A DNA stretch of 63,932 nucleotides, the filler included, from Octopus bimaculoides (Eukaryota), in assembly GCF_001194135.2 (NCBI RefSeq). It is 6 parts of 6 records of this genome, joined end to end, with 100 filler letters (N's around TTAATTAATTAA, not from the genome) between each part and the next. Parts side by side here need not be neighbours in the genome. Positions count along the whole stretch, not along the records: positions 50,079 to 56,934 come from NC_068985.1; positions 57,035 to 59,562 come from NC_068986.1; positions 59,663 to 62,098 come from NC_068998.1; positions 62,199 to 63,932 come from NW_026368785.1; 2 more parts are not named here. One strand, given 5' to 3'. The notes beneath the pieces were generated by a model. The model was given only the letters and a program-made list of their open reading frames with translations. It was not told the DNA's origin and did not search any database. This document shows, piece by piece, positions 52,378 through 63,932 of this stretch (position 1 is the stretch's first letter; each line of letters starts with the position of its first letter). The translations under genes and the position numbers were made by a program.

Positions 52378-53256
52378 ACTTTCTCTATTCTCGAGCGTTA
52401 TACTAATACATCCATTTGTTATTTACACCACCTGTCTTCGTCTGTTGTTTTTTCGTGAATTCTCCCATATCTATCTATCTATTGTTGGTAATAAGACGTC
52501 AGATAATCAGTAGTATTTACGATAAGGTAAGATAATCGCTAATACATACGATTAGTGCTCAGGTCGCCTTCATGTCTAAGCTCCTACACTAGATGCAACT
52601 TAAAGTGAAGGGATGTTATAATAGCTATATAACCTTTTATTCTACTATACACAGACAGACATACGCGCGCGCGCACATACACATTATACACATAAATATA
52701 TATACACATGCAAATATATATATATATATATATACACACGCACATGTACACGACAATAATGATTACGCAGACGACAACGACAGTAACAGCAACAGCAACA
52801 ATAGTAATAACAAGTTTTGAAGTGAGAAATCATGGGGTGGCGTATAATTTCTGTAAGAACAAAGTAAAATAAAACAAAACAAAAAAAAAGACAAAAAACC
52901 CTGGAAAAACTGGTGTCAACGTAAAACCTTTGTAACGTTATGCGCTGAAGATGAAGTATTTCTGAGACTAGGCCAGACATGATGTTCGTAATTTGTACTT
53001 TGCAATGAAAATAAACGGAAACTTGTCAAAACTTTACAATTTATCAAAATTATGGAAAGAAAACTTATGAATTCCAAAATAAAAGAAAGAAAATAGTGAG
53101 AGGAAACGACTTCGTGCAGAAATCGGAAATTGGTTCAAACATGCTTAGTGAAGATGATAGGGAAGGTAAGATGAAGAAAGAGAAAGGTAAATAGGTAGAT
53201 AGAGAGTGGGAAAGAGAGAGAGAGAAAGACAGAAAGAGAAAGAGATAGAGAGGGGA

Positions 53257-53288
<32 letters not shown>

Positions 53289-53389
53289 GAAGGGAAAACG
53301 AGCGAGGAAGATGGATTGTGAAAGAAAGGAAAGGAAGCGTATGTATATATGCACACACACACGCACACACACACATACACATACACGCA

Positions 53390-53426
<37 letters not shown>

Positions 53427-53506
53427 CTCTATATGTATATGCATTTATATAAAGATAGGGAGAGGGAAATTTAAAGTGAGAGAGCTGAAGAGAGAGTGTA
53501 AAGAGT

Positions 53507-53542
<36 letters not shown>

Positions 53543-54127
53543 AAAGGAAAGACAATGGAAATAATTGAGATATAGAGTGAGAACAATGGATTATAAAAAG
53601 GAATATATNNNNNNNNNNNNNNNNNNNNNNNNNNNNNNNNNNNNNNNNNNNNNNNNNNNNNNNNNNNNNNNNNNNNNNNNNNNNNNNNNNNNNNNNNNNN
53701 NNNNNNNNNNNNNNNNNNNNNNNNNNNNNNNNNNNNNNNNNNNNNNNNNNNNNNNNNNNNNNNNNNNNNNNNNNNNNNNNNNNNNNNNNNNNNNNNNNNN
53801 NNNNNNNNNNNNNNNNNNNNNNNNNNNNNNNNNNNNNNNNNNNNNNNNNNNNNNNNNNNNNNNNNNNNNNNNNNNNNNNNNNNNNNNNNNNNNNNNNNNN
53901 NNNNNNNNNNNNNNNNNNNNNNNNNNNNNNNNNNNNNNNNNNNNNNNNNNNNNNNNNNNNNNNNNNNNNNNNNNNNNNNNNNNNNNNNNNNNNNNNNNNN
54001 NAGAAATCTTAAATCTTTTTCGGTTTCATGTCAGTAAATTTCAGTTATGAGGCCAATATTTATGGTGCTGCCGTTTCTATTGTTGTTGTTGGTATTGTTA
54101 CTGTTATTCTCAATGTTGTTGTTGTTA

Positions 54128-54408
54128 AGGCGGCGAGCTGGCAGAATCGTTATCGCACCGGGCGAAATGCTAAGCGGTATTTCGTTTGCCGTTACGTTCT
54201 GAGTTCAAATTCAGCCGAGGCCGACTTTGCCTTTCATCCTTTCGGGGTCGATAAATTAAGTACCAGTTACGCACTGGGGTCGATGTAATCGACTTAACCC
54301 CCCATTTGTATGTCTTTGTTTGTCCCCTCTATGTTTAGCCCCTTGTAGGCAATAAAGAAATAAGGAACGTTAGCATACCGGGCGAAATGCTAAGTGGTAT
54401 TTCGTCCG
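54128..54408 (+). mobile_element. SINE family A dimer (second monomer truncated)
   Basis: Same monomer-tail-monomer junction as 3125-3503. Confidence 0.85.
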
Positions 54409-54476
54409 AAGAATAGCAAATGGAGAGAATGACTGAACTGCGACCGAGTGAATAATCAGATTCGATCAAATATGTG

Positions 54477-55249
54477 TACAAGTTGCGATTGGTGAATTGA
54501 CACTATTTTATATTTTTAATTTTGCGCATGCGCGTTGTTTGTTTTTGATTTTGTTGACAACACAGTATAATGGGGTCAATTGGGCAACATCTGTGAGAAA
54601 AAAAAGCACCAAAACGCAATTTACTCTGCTAGTAATGCAGAAACGACATGCTGTACTGTTTGGCATTCGCACCGGAAGCTCCAATACGAAGATTTCAGAG
54701 TGTTTAGGTGCCAATCTGAGGACACAGTGCAATCTGACGACATGTACGGAGAGTGATAAAAATCAAACCTCCAGTGAACATCATGGTGCTTGGAGTGATC
54801 ACTAGAGATGGCGACGTTATGCCTCCATTCATCTTCTCACATGGCCTCACACTCAACACAGATACCTACATCAAGTGCCTGGAAGAGATAGTGCTGCTCT
54901 GGCTCAAGAGGGATGTGTGCTGAAAGACCTTACGTCGAGCAACAGACTACAATCTTCTTCAATATTATGTGTGGGGCACAGTTGAGCAAGAGACCAACAA
55001 AACTCCTTATTACACCAAAGATGAGCTGAAGGCAGGGATTATGGCAGCATTCACGAACTTAAACAAGGTGACCATCCAGAAGATTCTGAAGTCGTCTGGA
55101 AGCTAAATGGTGATTTTATTGAATAAATTTACTATTTAGTATTTCAAGATATTTTAATGTTATTTTGGTAAATATATCTGTTAAAACGAGATGTCAGTGT
55201 TACTTTCATTTTTGCGTTATGTAGACGACAGTTTATTCACCGCACCCTG
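54477..55249 (+). mobile_element. Internally deleted mariner/maT-like (DD37D-type) transposon
   Basis: PVNIMVLGVITRDGDVMPPFIFSHGLTLNTDTYIKCLEEIVLLWLKR and YYVWGTVEQETNK...KDELKAGI. 3' terminus ...CACCGCACCCTG|TA. The 5' TIR is only weakly recognisable, so the start is uncertain. Confidence 0.7.
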
Positions 55250-56158
55250 TATATATATATATATATATATATATATNNNNNNNNNNNNNNNNNNNNNNNN
55301 NNNNNNNNNNNNNNNNNNNNNNNNNNNNNNNNNNNNNNNNNNNNNNNNNNNNNNNNNNNNNNNNNNNNNNNNNNNNNNNNNNNNNNNNNNNNNNNNNNNN
55401 NNNNNNNNNNNNNNNNNNNNNNNNNNNNNNNNNNNNNNNNNNNNNNNNNNNNNNNNNNNNNNNNNNNNNNNNNNNNNNNNNNNNNNNNNNNNNNNNNNNN
55501 NNNNNNNNNNNNNNNNNNNNNNNNNNNNNNNNNNNNNNNNNNNNNNNNNNNNNNNNNNNNNNNNNNNNNNNNNNNNNNNNNNNNNNNNNNNNNNNNNNNN
55601 NNNNNNNNNNNNNNNNNNNNNNNNNNNNNNNNNNNNNNNNNNNNNNNNNNNNNNNNNNNNNNNNNNNNNNNNNNNNNNNNAGAGAGAAAGCGAGAAAGAA
55701 AGAATAAGAGTCAGTTGGTCGCTTTGGCCTTTATGTCATTTATTAGTTTACACCACTAGTTGTCAGCCTTTGGTAGTGCAGCGCCCCCTAGCGAATAGTG
55801 TTTCACCAATTCCCCCTTCCTCATGTTTTGCTATCAAATATCTTTTTCAATCACACAAAAGCTAATAATGTGCATTGGTTTATTGTCAATATTTTCTCAC
55901 AGCTTTACACCAAGCATATGTCTGTTTTGGGGTATTTGTTTGAACTAGTGCTCCTTATGTCAAAATCATTTGAAAATGACTAAAGATGAGAACTCATGCA
56001 GGGAACTTGTGTACTGGACCTTGGTACATTATCAGTTATGTTACTGCTTGCTGGCAATCCACTGGATCCTATCCATGTTTTAATTCTTCACAAATATTTG
56101 TTCGAAAATGTTTAAAATATATGAATTCTACATGATTAAAATTTTTTATTTCTAAGAA

Positions 56159-56500
56159 AGGCAGCGAGTAGACAGAATATCTAACACAACGGGCAGAATG
56201 CTTAACGGCGTTTCGTCCGTCCGTCCTTACGCTCTGAGGTCGACTTTGCCGTTTATCCTTTTGGGGTCGATAAAATAAGTACCAGCTGAACACTGGGGTC
56301 GATGTAATCGACTTACCTCTTCCCCTCGAAACTAATATTTTATTTCTAAGAATGACGGCACGAGCTGGCAGCATCGTTAGCACGCCGGGGAGAATGCTTA
56401 GCGGCATTTCGTCCGCCCTTACGCTCTGAGTTCAAATTCCACCGGGGCCGACTTAGCACTCCCTTCGAAATTGCTGGCCTTGTGCAAAAATATTTTAATT
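56159..56500 (+). mobile_element. Two tandem SINE family A copies separated by a shared target-site repeat
   Basis: TTTTATTTCTAAGAA at 56144, 56338 and 56508 brackets both copies. Confidence 0.8.
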
Positions 56501-56648
56501 ATCAATATTTTATTTCTAAGAAATAGAAGTATCATGACCTTCCTAAACATCCGGCGCTCCCTTGTGAGCTTATTGCGCCAACAAAGATGCAGTACTGTCC
56601 CAGTTAAGAGCCACTGCTTTGGATACTTTCTGAAACTTCGGTATTTAT

Positions 56649-56815
56649 ACAGTTCTATATTTAAGAGATGAGGAATTATTTACATTATTTACATTATTTA
56701 CATTTGACTGATATTTCTCCTCATCTTGTTTGTTGTTAACACAACGTTTCGGCTGATATACCCTCTAGCCTTCGTCAGGTGTCTTGGGGAAATTTCGAAC
56801 CTGGGTTCTCATTCC
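56649..56815 (-). mobile_element. ~160-bp hammerhead-bearing dispersed repeat, copy 2
   Basis: Shares ACAGTTCTATATTTAAGAGATG...GGGTTCTCATTCC with 9837-9994, carries an extra 9-nt ATTTACATT unit and abuts (ATT)n. Confidence 0.65.
56738..56783 (-). ncRNA. Minimal type-I hammerhead ribozyme motif (copy 2, same family)
   Basis: Minus strand: GACAC-CUGACGA-A-GGCU(AGAGGGUAUAUC)AGCC-GAAA-CGUU^GUGUU. It differs from copy 1 only at core position N7 and one stem-II base. Confidence 0.75.
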
Positions 56816-56868
56816 TAACGATGTTACTATTATTATTATATTATTATTATTACTATTATTAATCAGGT

Positions 56869-56919
56869 TAAGAGCGCGGGCTACTAACCCCAAGGTTCCG
56901 AGTTCGATTCACGGCAGCG
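56869..56919 (+). mobile_element. tRNA-derived SINE head fragment
   Basis: GGTTAAGAGCGCGGG-CTACTAA-CCCCAAGGTTCCGAGTTCGATTC: anticodon-arm and T-loop (GTTCGA) like, with no acceptor stem. Confidence 0.55.
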
Positions 56920-57169
56920 ACCTGATTAATAATANNNNNNNNNNNNNNNNNNNNNNNNNNNNNNNNNNNNNNNNNNNNTTAATTAATTAANNNNNNNNNN
57001 NNNNNNNNNNNNNNNNNNNNNNNNNNNNNNNNNNATACATATATATATATATATACATATTTTCATTTTTTTTTCATTTTATCTAGTTTCAGCTCATGAG
57101 CTGTGGCCATACTGGGGCACCGCCATTTGGTGTTGCTACACAATTTTACTTCACGAATTTTACTTCAGG

Positions 57170-57204
<35 letters not shown>

Positions 57205-57677
57205 CTTGTGTATGTATGCATATATGTATCTATGCATGGATGTATTTGATTTTATGCATGTATGTGTGTGTGTTTGTGTATGTTTCAATTTCCTTTCCGT
57301 CTGCCCTCAATCTTATTCGAGAGTTTTCATTTTTCTTAATAAGTAAAGTATGTATTGAAAATGGAAAAAAAAAAGTCCTCTGATTGGCAATTATAAAGTA
57401 ATCAATGAGGAGTTAATAGAGGTGTAGAGGGAGTGGGGTAGTGGTATCAGTAGAGACAAAGAAGAGAGGTAAGAAATGTTATGATCAGTTGTGTCTATAT
57501 GTGTATGGTAGTATGTGCCTGTGTGTGCTTGTGTGTGCATGAGTGTGTGTGAGAGTGTGTCTGTGTATGTGTGTGCGTGTGTATAGGCCAGTGTAGTGTA
57601 TGTCAGAGCACATGGGAGAAAGCATGTATTGTTGGTCGGTATCTCATATCCATACAGTATGTATATGTATAATATAT

Positions 57678-57734
<57 letters not shown>

Positions 57735-58157
57735 NNNNNNNNNNNNNNNNNNNNNNNNNNNNNNNNNNNNNNNNNNNNNNNNNNNNNNNNNNNNNNNNNN
57801 NNNNNNNNNNNNNNNNNNNNNNNNNNNNNNNNNNNNNNNNNNNNNNNNNNNNNNNNNNNNNNNNNNNNNNNNNNNNNNNNNNNNNNNNNNNNNNNNNNNN
57901 NNNNNNNNNNNNNNNNNNNNNNNNNNNNNNNNNNNNNNNNNNNNNNNNNNNNNNNNNNNNNNNNNNNNNNNNNNNNNNNNNNNNNNNNNNNNNNNNNNNN
58001 NNNNNNNNNNNNNNNNNNNNNNNNNNNNNNNNNNNNNNNNNNNNNNNNNNNNNNNNNNNNNNNNNNNNNNNNNNNNNNNNNNNNNNNNNNNNNNNNNNNN
58101 NNNNNNNNNNNNNNNNNNNNNNNNNNNNNNNNNNNNNNNNNNNNNNNNNNNNNNNNN

Positions 58158-58202
<45 letters not shown>

Positions 58203-58345
58203 TTATGTATATATATATATATATTTATGTATATCTTTATGTATATAGATATATGTATGCATGTATGTGTACATATATCTATATATATATGTATATATCT
58301 ATATATATGTGTATATATTTATATATATATGTATATATATATTTA

Positions 58346-58425
<80 letters not shown>

Positions 58426-58629
58426 TGTGTGTATATAACTTCACACATTATGTGCGTACACTATTGAGAATATTTTCTTATGTCTGTATTATTTGTATGC
58501 GTTATGCAGGTTTTAAAAATCTCAACATTTTGGGGACACACACACACACACACATACACACACACATTCATTTATCAATATGTCTCCTATCCATCTGTCT
58601 GTCTGCTTATCGTTCTCTATATATACATG

Positions 58630-58668
<39 letters not shown>

Positions 58669-59326
58669 CTAGAGACATACCCACAGGCATATATGTATAT
58701 ATACATATGTGTATAGAAATACATATATGTCTATATATATATACAGGTTTACATATATATACATCTATATCTATATATGTTTACATATATATATGTCTAC
58801 ATATATATATGTTTGTGTGTGTGTGTGTACCTTCCACACTGCAATTGTTTTCGTTGCAGCACACAATCTCAGATCAGGTCACTTGCTATGCAAGTACATC
58901 TCCGTAATATATATAAATATATACGCATAAATGTGTGTGTGTGTGTGTGTGCATAACTGCAAAAAGATCTGTGAATATGTTGCAAGACAGAGGGTAGAAG
59001 CAGCAAAAATGTGGGCTAAAAAGAAAAGGTTAAAAATCTTTCTGGAGAATGAGACGTTGAATGGGGAAACGGTGTGGGTTTATGCTGTATACACAGACAT
59101 GGCATAGAACGGTAATCAGTCACTGAACCAATCAATGATGCAGAATCAATGCTGCATATCACATGCTCTATCTTGTATAATTATATCTTCTTTCATTCGT
59201 TTCAATAGACTGTTGCATCTATTTAATTATTTGGTGCTTCTTCATTAGTTTGCATTTGTGCTCACGTATACAAAGATATGTACATACACACATATATGCA
59301 TAGTTTTATATATATATATATATATA

Positions 59327-59562
59327 TCATCATCATCATCATCATCATCATCGTTTAACGTCTGCTTTCCATGCTAGCATGGGTTGGACGATTTGACTGA
59401 GGACTGGTGAAACCGGATGGCAACACCAAGCTCCAGTCTGATTTGGCAGAGTTTCTACAGCTGGATGCCCTTCCAAACGCCAACCACTCAGAGAGTGTAG
59501 TGGGTGCTTTTACGTGTCACCCGCACGAAAACGGCCACGCTCGAAATGGTGTCTTTTATGTG
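59327..59562 (-). mobile_element. 3' end of RTE-related SINE/LINE with (GAT)n tail
   Basis: Minus strand ...GGAAGGGCATCCAGCTGTAGAAAC...CCATGCTAGCATGGAAAGCAGACGTTAAACGATGATGATG. Truncated by a gap. Confidence 0.65.
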
Positions 59563-59662
59563 NNNNNNNNNNNNNNNNNNNNNNNNNNNNNNNNNNNNNN
59601 NNNNNNTTAATTAATTAANNNNNNNNNNNNNNNNNNNNNNNNNNNNNNNNNNNNNNNNNNNN

Positions 59663-59707
<45 letters not shown>

Positions 59708-60296
59708 ACTTGGGGATGGTCATATTGCCAGTTTAGCCAATAAAAACACACGCACTGTATATTTGGTGTTAATTTTTTTTTTTTATATATATATACATAT
59801 GATAATGTAGTGAATATTGCTTCGTGCATTTTGAGAAAGTGACACATCTGTAAAGTAAATTTTTATAGACCATAATCTTTGTATGGAACTAGATTTCACG
59901 TTTCGCTTCTCACACATAGACACACACACACACACAGAAACATGTACGTATATTTGTAAGTATGCATGTATGTATGTGTTATTTGCGCATGTGCGATTGT
60001 ATAGATGCTTGCATTTTTCCATCTTAGCGTATAAGTATAAATATGTGTTCGTGTTCGTGTTCTGTTTTTTCGGGAGATGTTTCTAGTTAGAAGCTAACAA
60101 GTTTTATTGTTGATCTTTAAAATAATATAACTTCCTCTGTATAGTTTTAAATAATGACAGCTCGTTCTCACAACCACCAATACATACCAAGCGTTTCATA
60201 GAATCCTCTCAATGCACATGCGCGCAGGCATGTAAATACATACGCACATACTATATATGTGTGTATCGTAGTACACACACGTACATACATACATGC

Positions 60297-60342
<46 letters not shown>

Positions 60343-60880
60343 CAAGACACATACCGCACATACTCACATATACGTCCACATATACACTTATTTATATAGG
60401 CATATATATTAATTACACGCCAACACCCACGCATGTTCTTATATTAATAGGTATATGTTCAGTCAAGGACAACCAACTCTCTCTCTCTCTCTCTCTCTGA
60501 GTCTCCGCTTGTCTCTCCTTCTATGGCACACACATACCCACAGGCGAGACACACATGCACAAATATATGCGCATGCACACACACTCACCCACACACACAG
60601 CTTTTTCCGGTGCTTATGAATGCGTGCACACGTAAAGTGTTGCCTTTTAAAATATGTCAACATGCGACTGACATCAGTGTACATTTTTTACTCATGTGTG
60701 TGTACAGAGATTGCACATATATGTATACGTGTGTCTATAGGTTTATGCATATATTCACACGCACACATACACACACACACACACACACACGCATATATAC
60801 ATAAATACACATACATATATATGTATGCATTTATGCATATATACATACATACGTGTATATAAATATATATATATGTATTA

Positions 60881-60912
<32 letters not shown>

Positions 60913-60993
60913 TCACACACATGTATATATGAACATGTCTATGTCTATCTATTTATCTACCTTTTACTTTCTCTCTCACTGAGCATATATATA

Positions 60994-61036
<43 letters not shown>

Positions 61037-61532
61037 NNNNNNNNNNNNNNNNNNNNNNNNNNNNNNNNNNNNNNNNNNNNNNNNNNNNNNNNNNNNNNNN
61101 NNNNNNNNNNNNNNNNNNNNNNNNNNNNNNNNNNNNNNNNNNNNNNNNNNNNNNNNNNNNNNNNNNNNNNNNNNNNNNNNNNNNNNNNNNNNNNNNNNNN
61201 NNNNNNNNNNNNNNNNNNNNNNNNNNNNNNNNNNNNNNNNNNNNNNNNNNNNNNNNNNNNNNNNNNNNNNNNNNNNNNNNNNNNNNNNNNNNNNNNNNNN
61301 NNNNNNNNNNNNNNNNNNNNNNNNNNNNNNNNNNNNNNNNNNNNNNNNNNNNNNNNNNNNNNNNNNNNNNNNNNNNNNNNNNNNNNNNNNNNNNNNNNNN
61401 NNNNNNNNNNNNNNNNNNNNNNNNNNNNNNNNNNNNNNNNNNNNNNNNNNNNNNNNNNNNNNNNNNNNNNNNNNNNNNNNNNNNNNNNNNNNNNNNNNNN
61501 NNNNNNNNNNNNNNNNNNNNNNNNNNNNNNNN

Positions 61533-61595
61533 GCTTAGCGGCATTTCGTCCGTCTTTACGTTCTGAGTTCAAATTCTGCCAAGGCCGACTTTACT
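61533..61595 (+). mobile_element. Partial SINE family A copy
   Basis: GCTTAGCGGCATTTCGTCCGTCTTTACGTTCTGAGTTCAAATT immediately after a gap. Confidence 0.7.
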
Positions 61596-61669
61596 ATTCA
61601 CGGGAAAGATTTGACACCAACAACGGTTGTCAAGCGGTGTTGGGGGACAAGCACACACACACACACACA

Positions 61670-61703
<34 letters not shown>

Positions 61704-61744
61704 TGCACACACACACACTGACACGCACACATGTTGATATATAC

Positions 61745-61887
61745 GACTAACAAATCCGCTGACAAGACTTTGGTCGGCACGAGGTTGTAGTCGAAGACAC
61801 TTGTCCAAGGTGTCACGCAATGGGATTGAACCCGGAAACGTGTGATTAGGAAGCAAACCTCTTAACACGCAGCCATGCCTGCGCCTA
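61745..61887 (-). mobile_element. SINE family B copy
   Basis: Near full-length match. Further partial B copies lie near 7460, 20622, 36972 and 46181. Confidence 0.75.
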
Positions 61888-62081
61888 TTGTACATATTTA
61901 CATCTATGTATGTTTGTATGTATATGTATATGTATACATATTTATATGTGTGTGTATATATGCATATATATATGTGTATGTACATATACATATATATACA
62001 TATATATATATGTATATATATGTGTGTGAGTAAGAGAGGGGGAGGGAGGAGAGAGAGGGGGAGAAAGGGGGCGGAGGGGAG

Positions 62082-62098
62082 AGATCGGAAGAGCACAC
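62082..62098 (+). other. Illumina adapter remnant (assembly artefact)
   Basis: AGATCGGAAGAGCACAC at a contig end directly before an N run. Confidence 0.9.
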
Positions 62099-62274
62099 NN
62101 NNNNNNNNNNNNNNNNNNNNNNNNNNNNNNNNNNNNNNNNNNTTAATTAATTAANNNNNNNNNNNNNNNNNNNNNNNNNNNNNNNNNNNNNNNNNNNNAC
62201 ACACACAGACACACAGACACAGACACACACACGCACGCACGCTTGCACACACGCATGCACGCACGCATGCACGC

Positions 62275-62312
<38 letters not shown>

Positions 62313-62402
62313 CAAACATGCAGATATACATGTACATGTAAAAATATATATGTACATACATGTGTGCGTGCGTGTGTGCGTGTCTGGACACGTGCGCGTA
62401 TA

Positions 62403-62413
62403 TAATAATAATA

Positions 62414-62476
<63 letters not shown>
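62403..62476. repeat. (TAA)n microsatellite at Dong insertion site
   Basis: Direct reading. Confidence 0.95.
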
Positions 62477-62478
<2 letters not shown>

Positions 62479-63932
62479 GAGAAAAGATCTATCGATGTTC
62501 AACGAAATTAGTAGACAATCAACACAACTAAGTAACAATAAGAAAACAAAAATACTGTACAAATACAACATTACAGAAAAAGATTTACCTGAGGCAAAAG
62601 AAAAGCAAGATATCTTGGCCAAAGCACAAAGGATCCGCCGGTATGGGAAACGCCAACGTTTCTTTGAACTAAACAAGCAGTTCAAATCCAACCCCCTAAC
62701 AATTCTATCAAGAACTGGGTAAAAATAAAATAGACATTACTACAGCACCAACAGCAGAAGAATTGGAAGAATTTTGGAAAGAAATATGGTCGGTGAAGCA
62801 ACAACCTCAGAAAAAGACTATTAAAACAATGAACTTAGCACCTGAGCAACTCTGGACCCAGGCACTGCAGGCACCCAGGCACTGCAAAGACTAAGCAACT
62901 GGAAGGCACCTGGGCACGACAAGATCCCCAACTTCTGGTTAAAATATCTGACAGGAATACACAAAAAGCTGGCTGAAAACTTAAACAACATACTAGCAGA
63001 GCCAGCGACAATGCCTGAATGGCTCACGAAAGGGAAAACCATCTTAATTCCCAAATCCACAGAAACGGAAAAAACCCACAAAACTACAGACCTATAACAT
63101 GTCTCCCTACAATCTACAAAGTCTTTACTGCAATAATATCGCAGAGATTGAGTAAGCACCTGGAAGATAACCACCTGTTTCCAGAAGAGCAGAAGGGATA
63201 CTGCAAGGGCTCATGCGGCTGTAAANNNNNNNNNNNNNNNNNNNNNNNNNNNNNNNNNNNNNNNNNNNNNNNNNNNNNNNNNNNNNNNNNNNNNNNNNNN
63301 NNNNNNNNNNNNNNNNNNNNNNNNNNNNNNNNNNNNNATAAATGGCAGACAATGCTATAGCTCCAAACAAAAGAGGGACTCGTGAAAACGAAAGCCATCC
63401 CATTAGAAGAGGAATATTCCAGGGATACACGCTGTCTCCACTCCTGTTCTGCTTGGTACTCACACCTTTAAATGACTTGCTAAATAGAACTGGATGCGGA
63501 TACAAATGTTACGGCAAAGCAATCAGCTACCTTTTATATAGGGATGACCTAAAATTATACGCTAGAAATGATAAAGAGCTGGAAACACTACTACAGACAG
63601 TACATGGATTTACCAAAGAAATAGATATGAAATTTGGATTAGGAAAATGTGCCAAAGCAACCCTGAAAAGAGGAAAACTAGTTAAGAGTAGCAACAACAC
63701 ACTCGATAAAGCCAATGAAATAAGAGAATTAGACCAAAGCCAGCCACACAAATAATTAGGAATCAATGAACTAGATAGGATACAACACACACAAATGAGA
63801 GAGAAAATAAAGAAAGAATACTATAGACGAGTTAGACCAATACTAAAAACAGAGCTCAATGCTAAAACAAGATAATAGGTACTAACACTTTAGCCGTCCC
63901 AGTTATAAGTTACAGCTACAATATCCTTAACT
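62477..63932 (+). mobile_element. R4/Dong-type non-LTR retrotransposon, RT region (5'-truncated, frameshifted, continues past window)
   Basis: LSNWKAPGHDKIPNFWLK, PEWLTKGKTILIPK, NYRPITCLPTIYK, EEQKG, RRGIFQGYTLSPLLF, LLYRDDLKLY, MKFGLGKC. Begins directly after (TAA)n at 62403-62476. A 14-nt duplication ACCCAGGCACTGCA at ~62856-62887 marks an internal rearrangement. Confidence 0.92.

Overview
Eukaryotic, AT-rich, microsatellite-dense scaffold with many N gaps. The SINE families and repeat density suggest an octopus-like cephalopod genome (inference). The only host gene visible is a Ptf1a/Fer1-type bHLH transcription factor on the minus strand (ORF 23581->22946). It has a phase-1 splice donor at 22957/22956, but I cannot find the expected second exon with the HSLSW/WTP motifs, which may lie in a gap. 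A TATA + multi-E-box promoter candidate sits about 1.25 kb upstream. The rest is mobile-element debris: several SINE families, R4/Dong-type RLE retroelements at (TAA)n arrays, CRE-, CR1- and RTE-like fragments, an intron-bearing Tc1, a maT/mariner remnant, a Merlin-like remnant and a long-TIR foldback element. The most notable unannotated signal is a set of minimal type-I hammerhead ribozyme motifs with a palindromic AACGTT stem III. Two copies of one family lie at 9917-9962 and 56738-56783 (minus) and a variant of a second family at 52342-52377 (plus), each at the head of a short repeat next to microsatellites. Assembly artefacts are also present: five 44N-TTAATTAATTAA-44N spacers and an Illumina adapter remnant. 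Most ORF-track entries are microsatellite or N translations. SINE and remnant boundaries are approximate (by eye).
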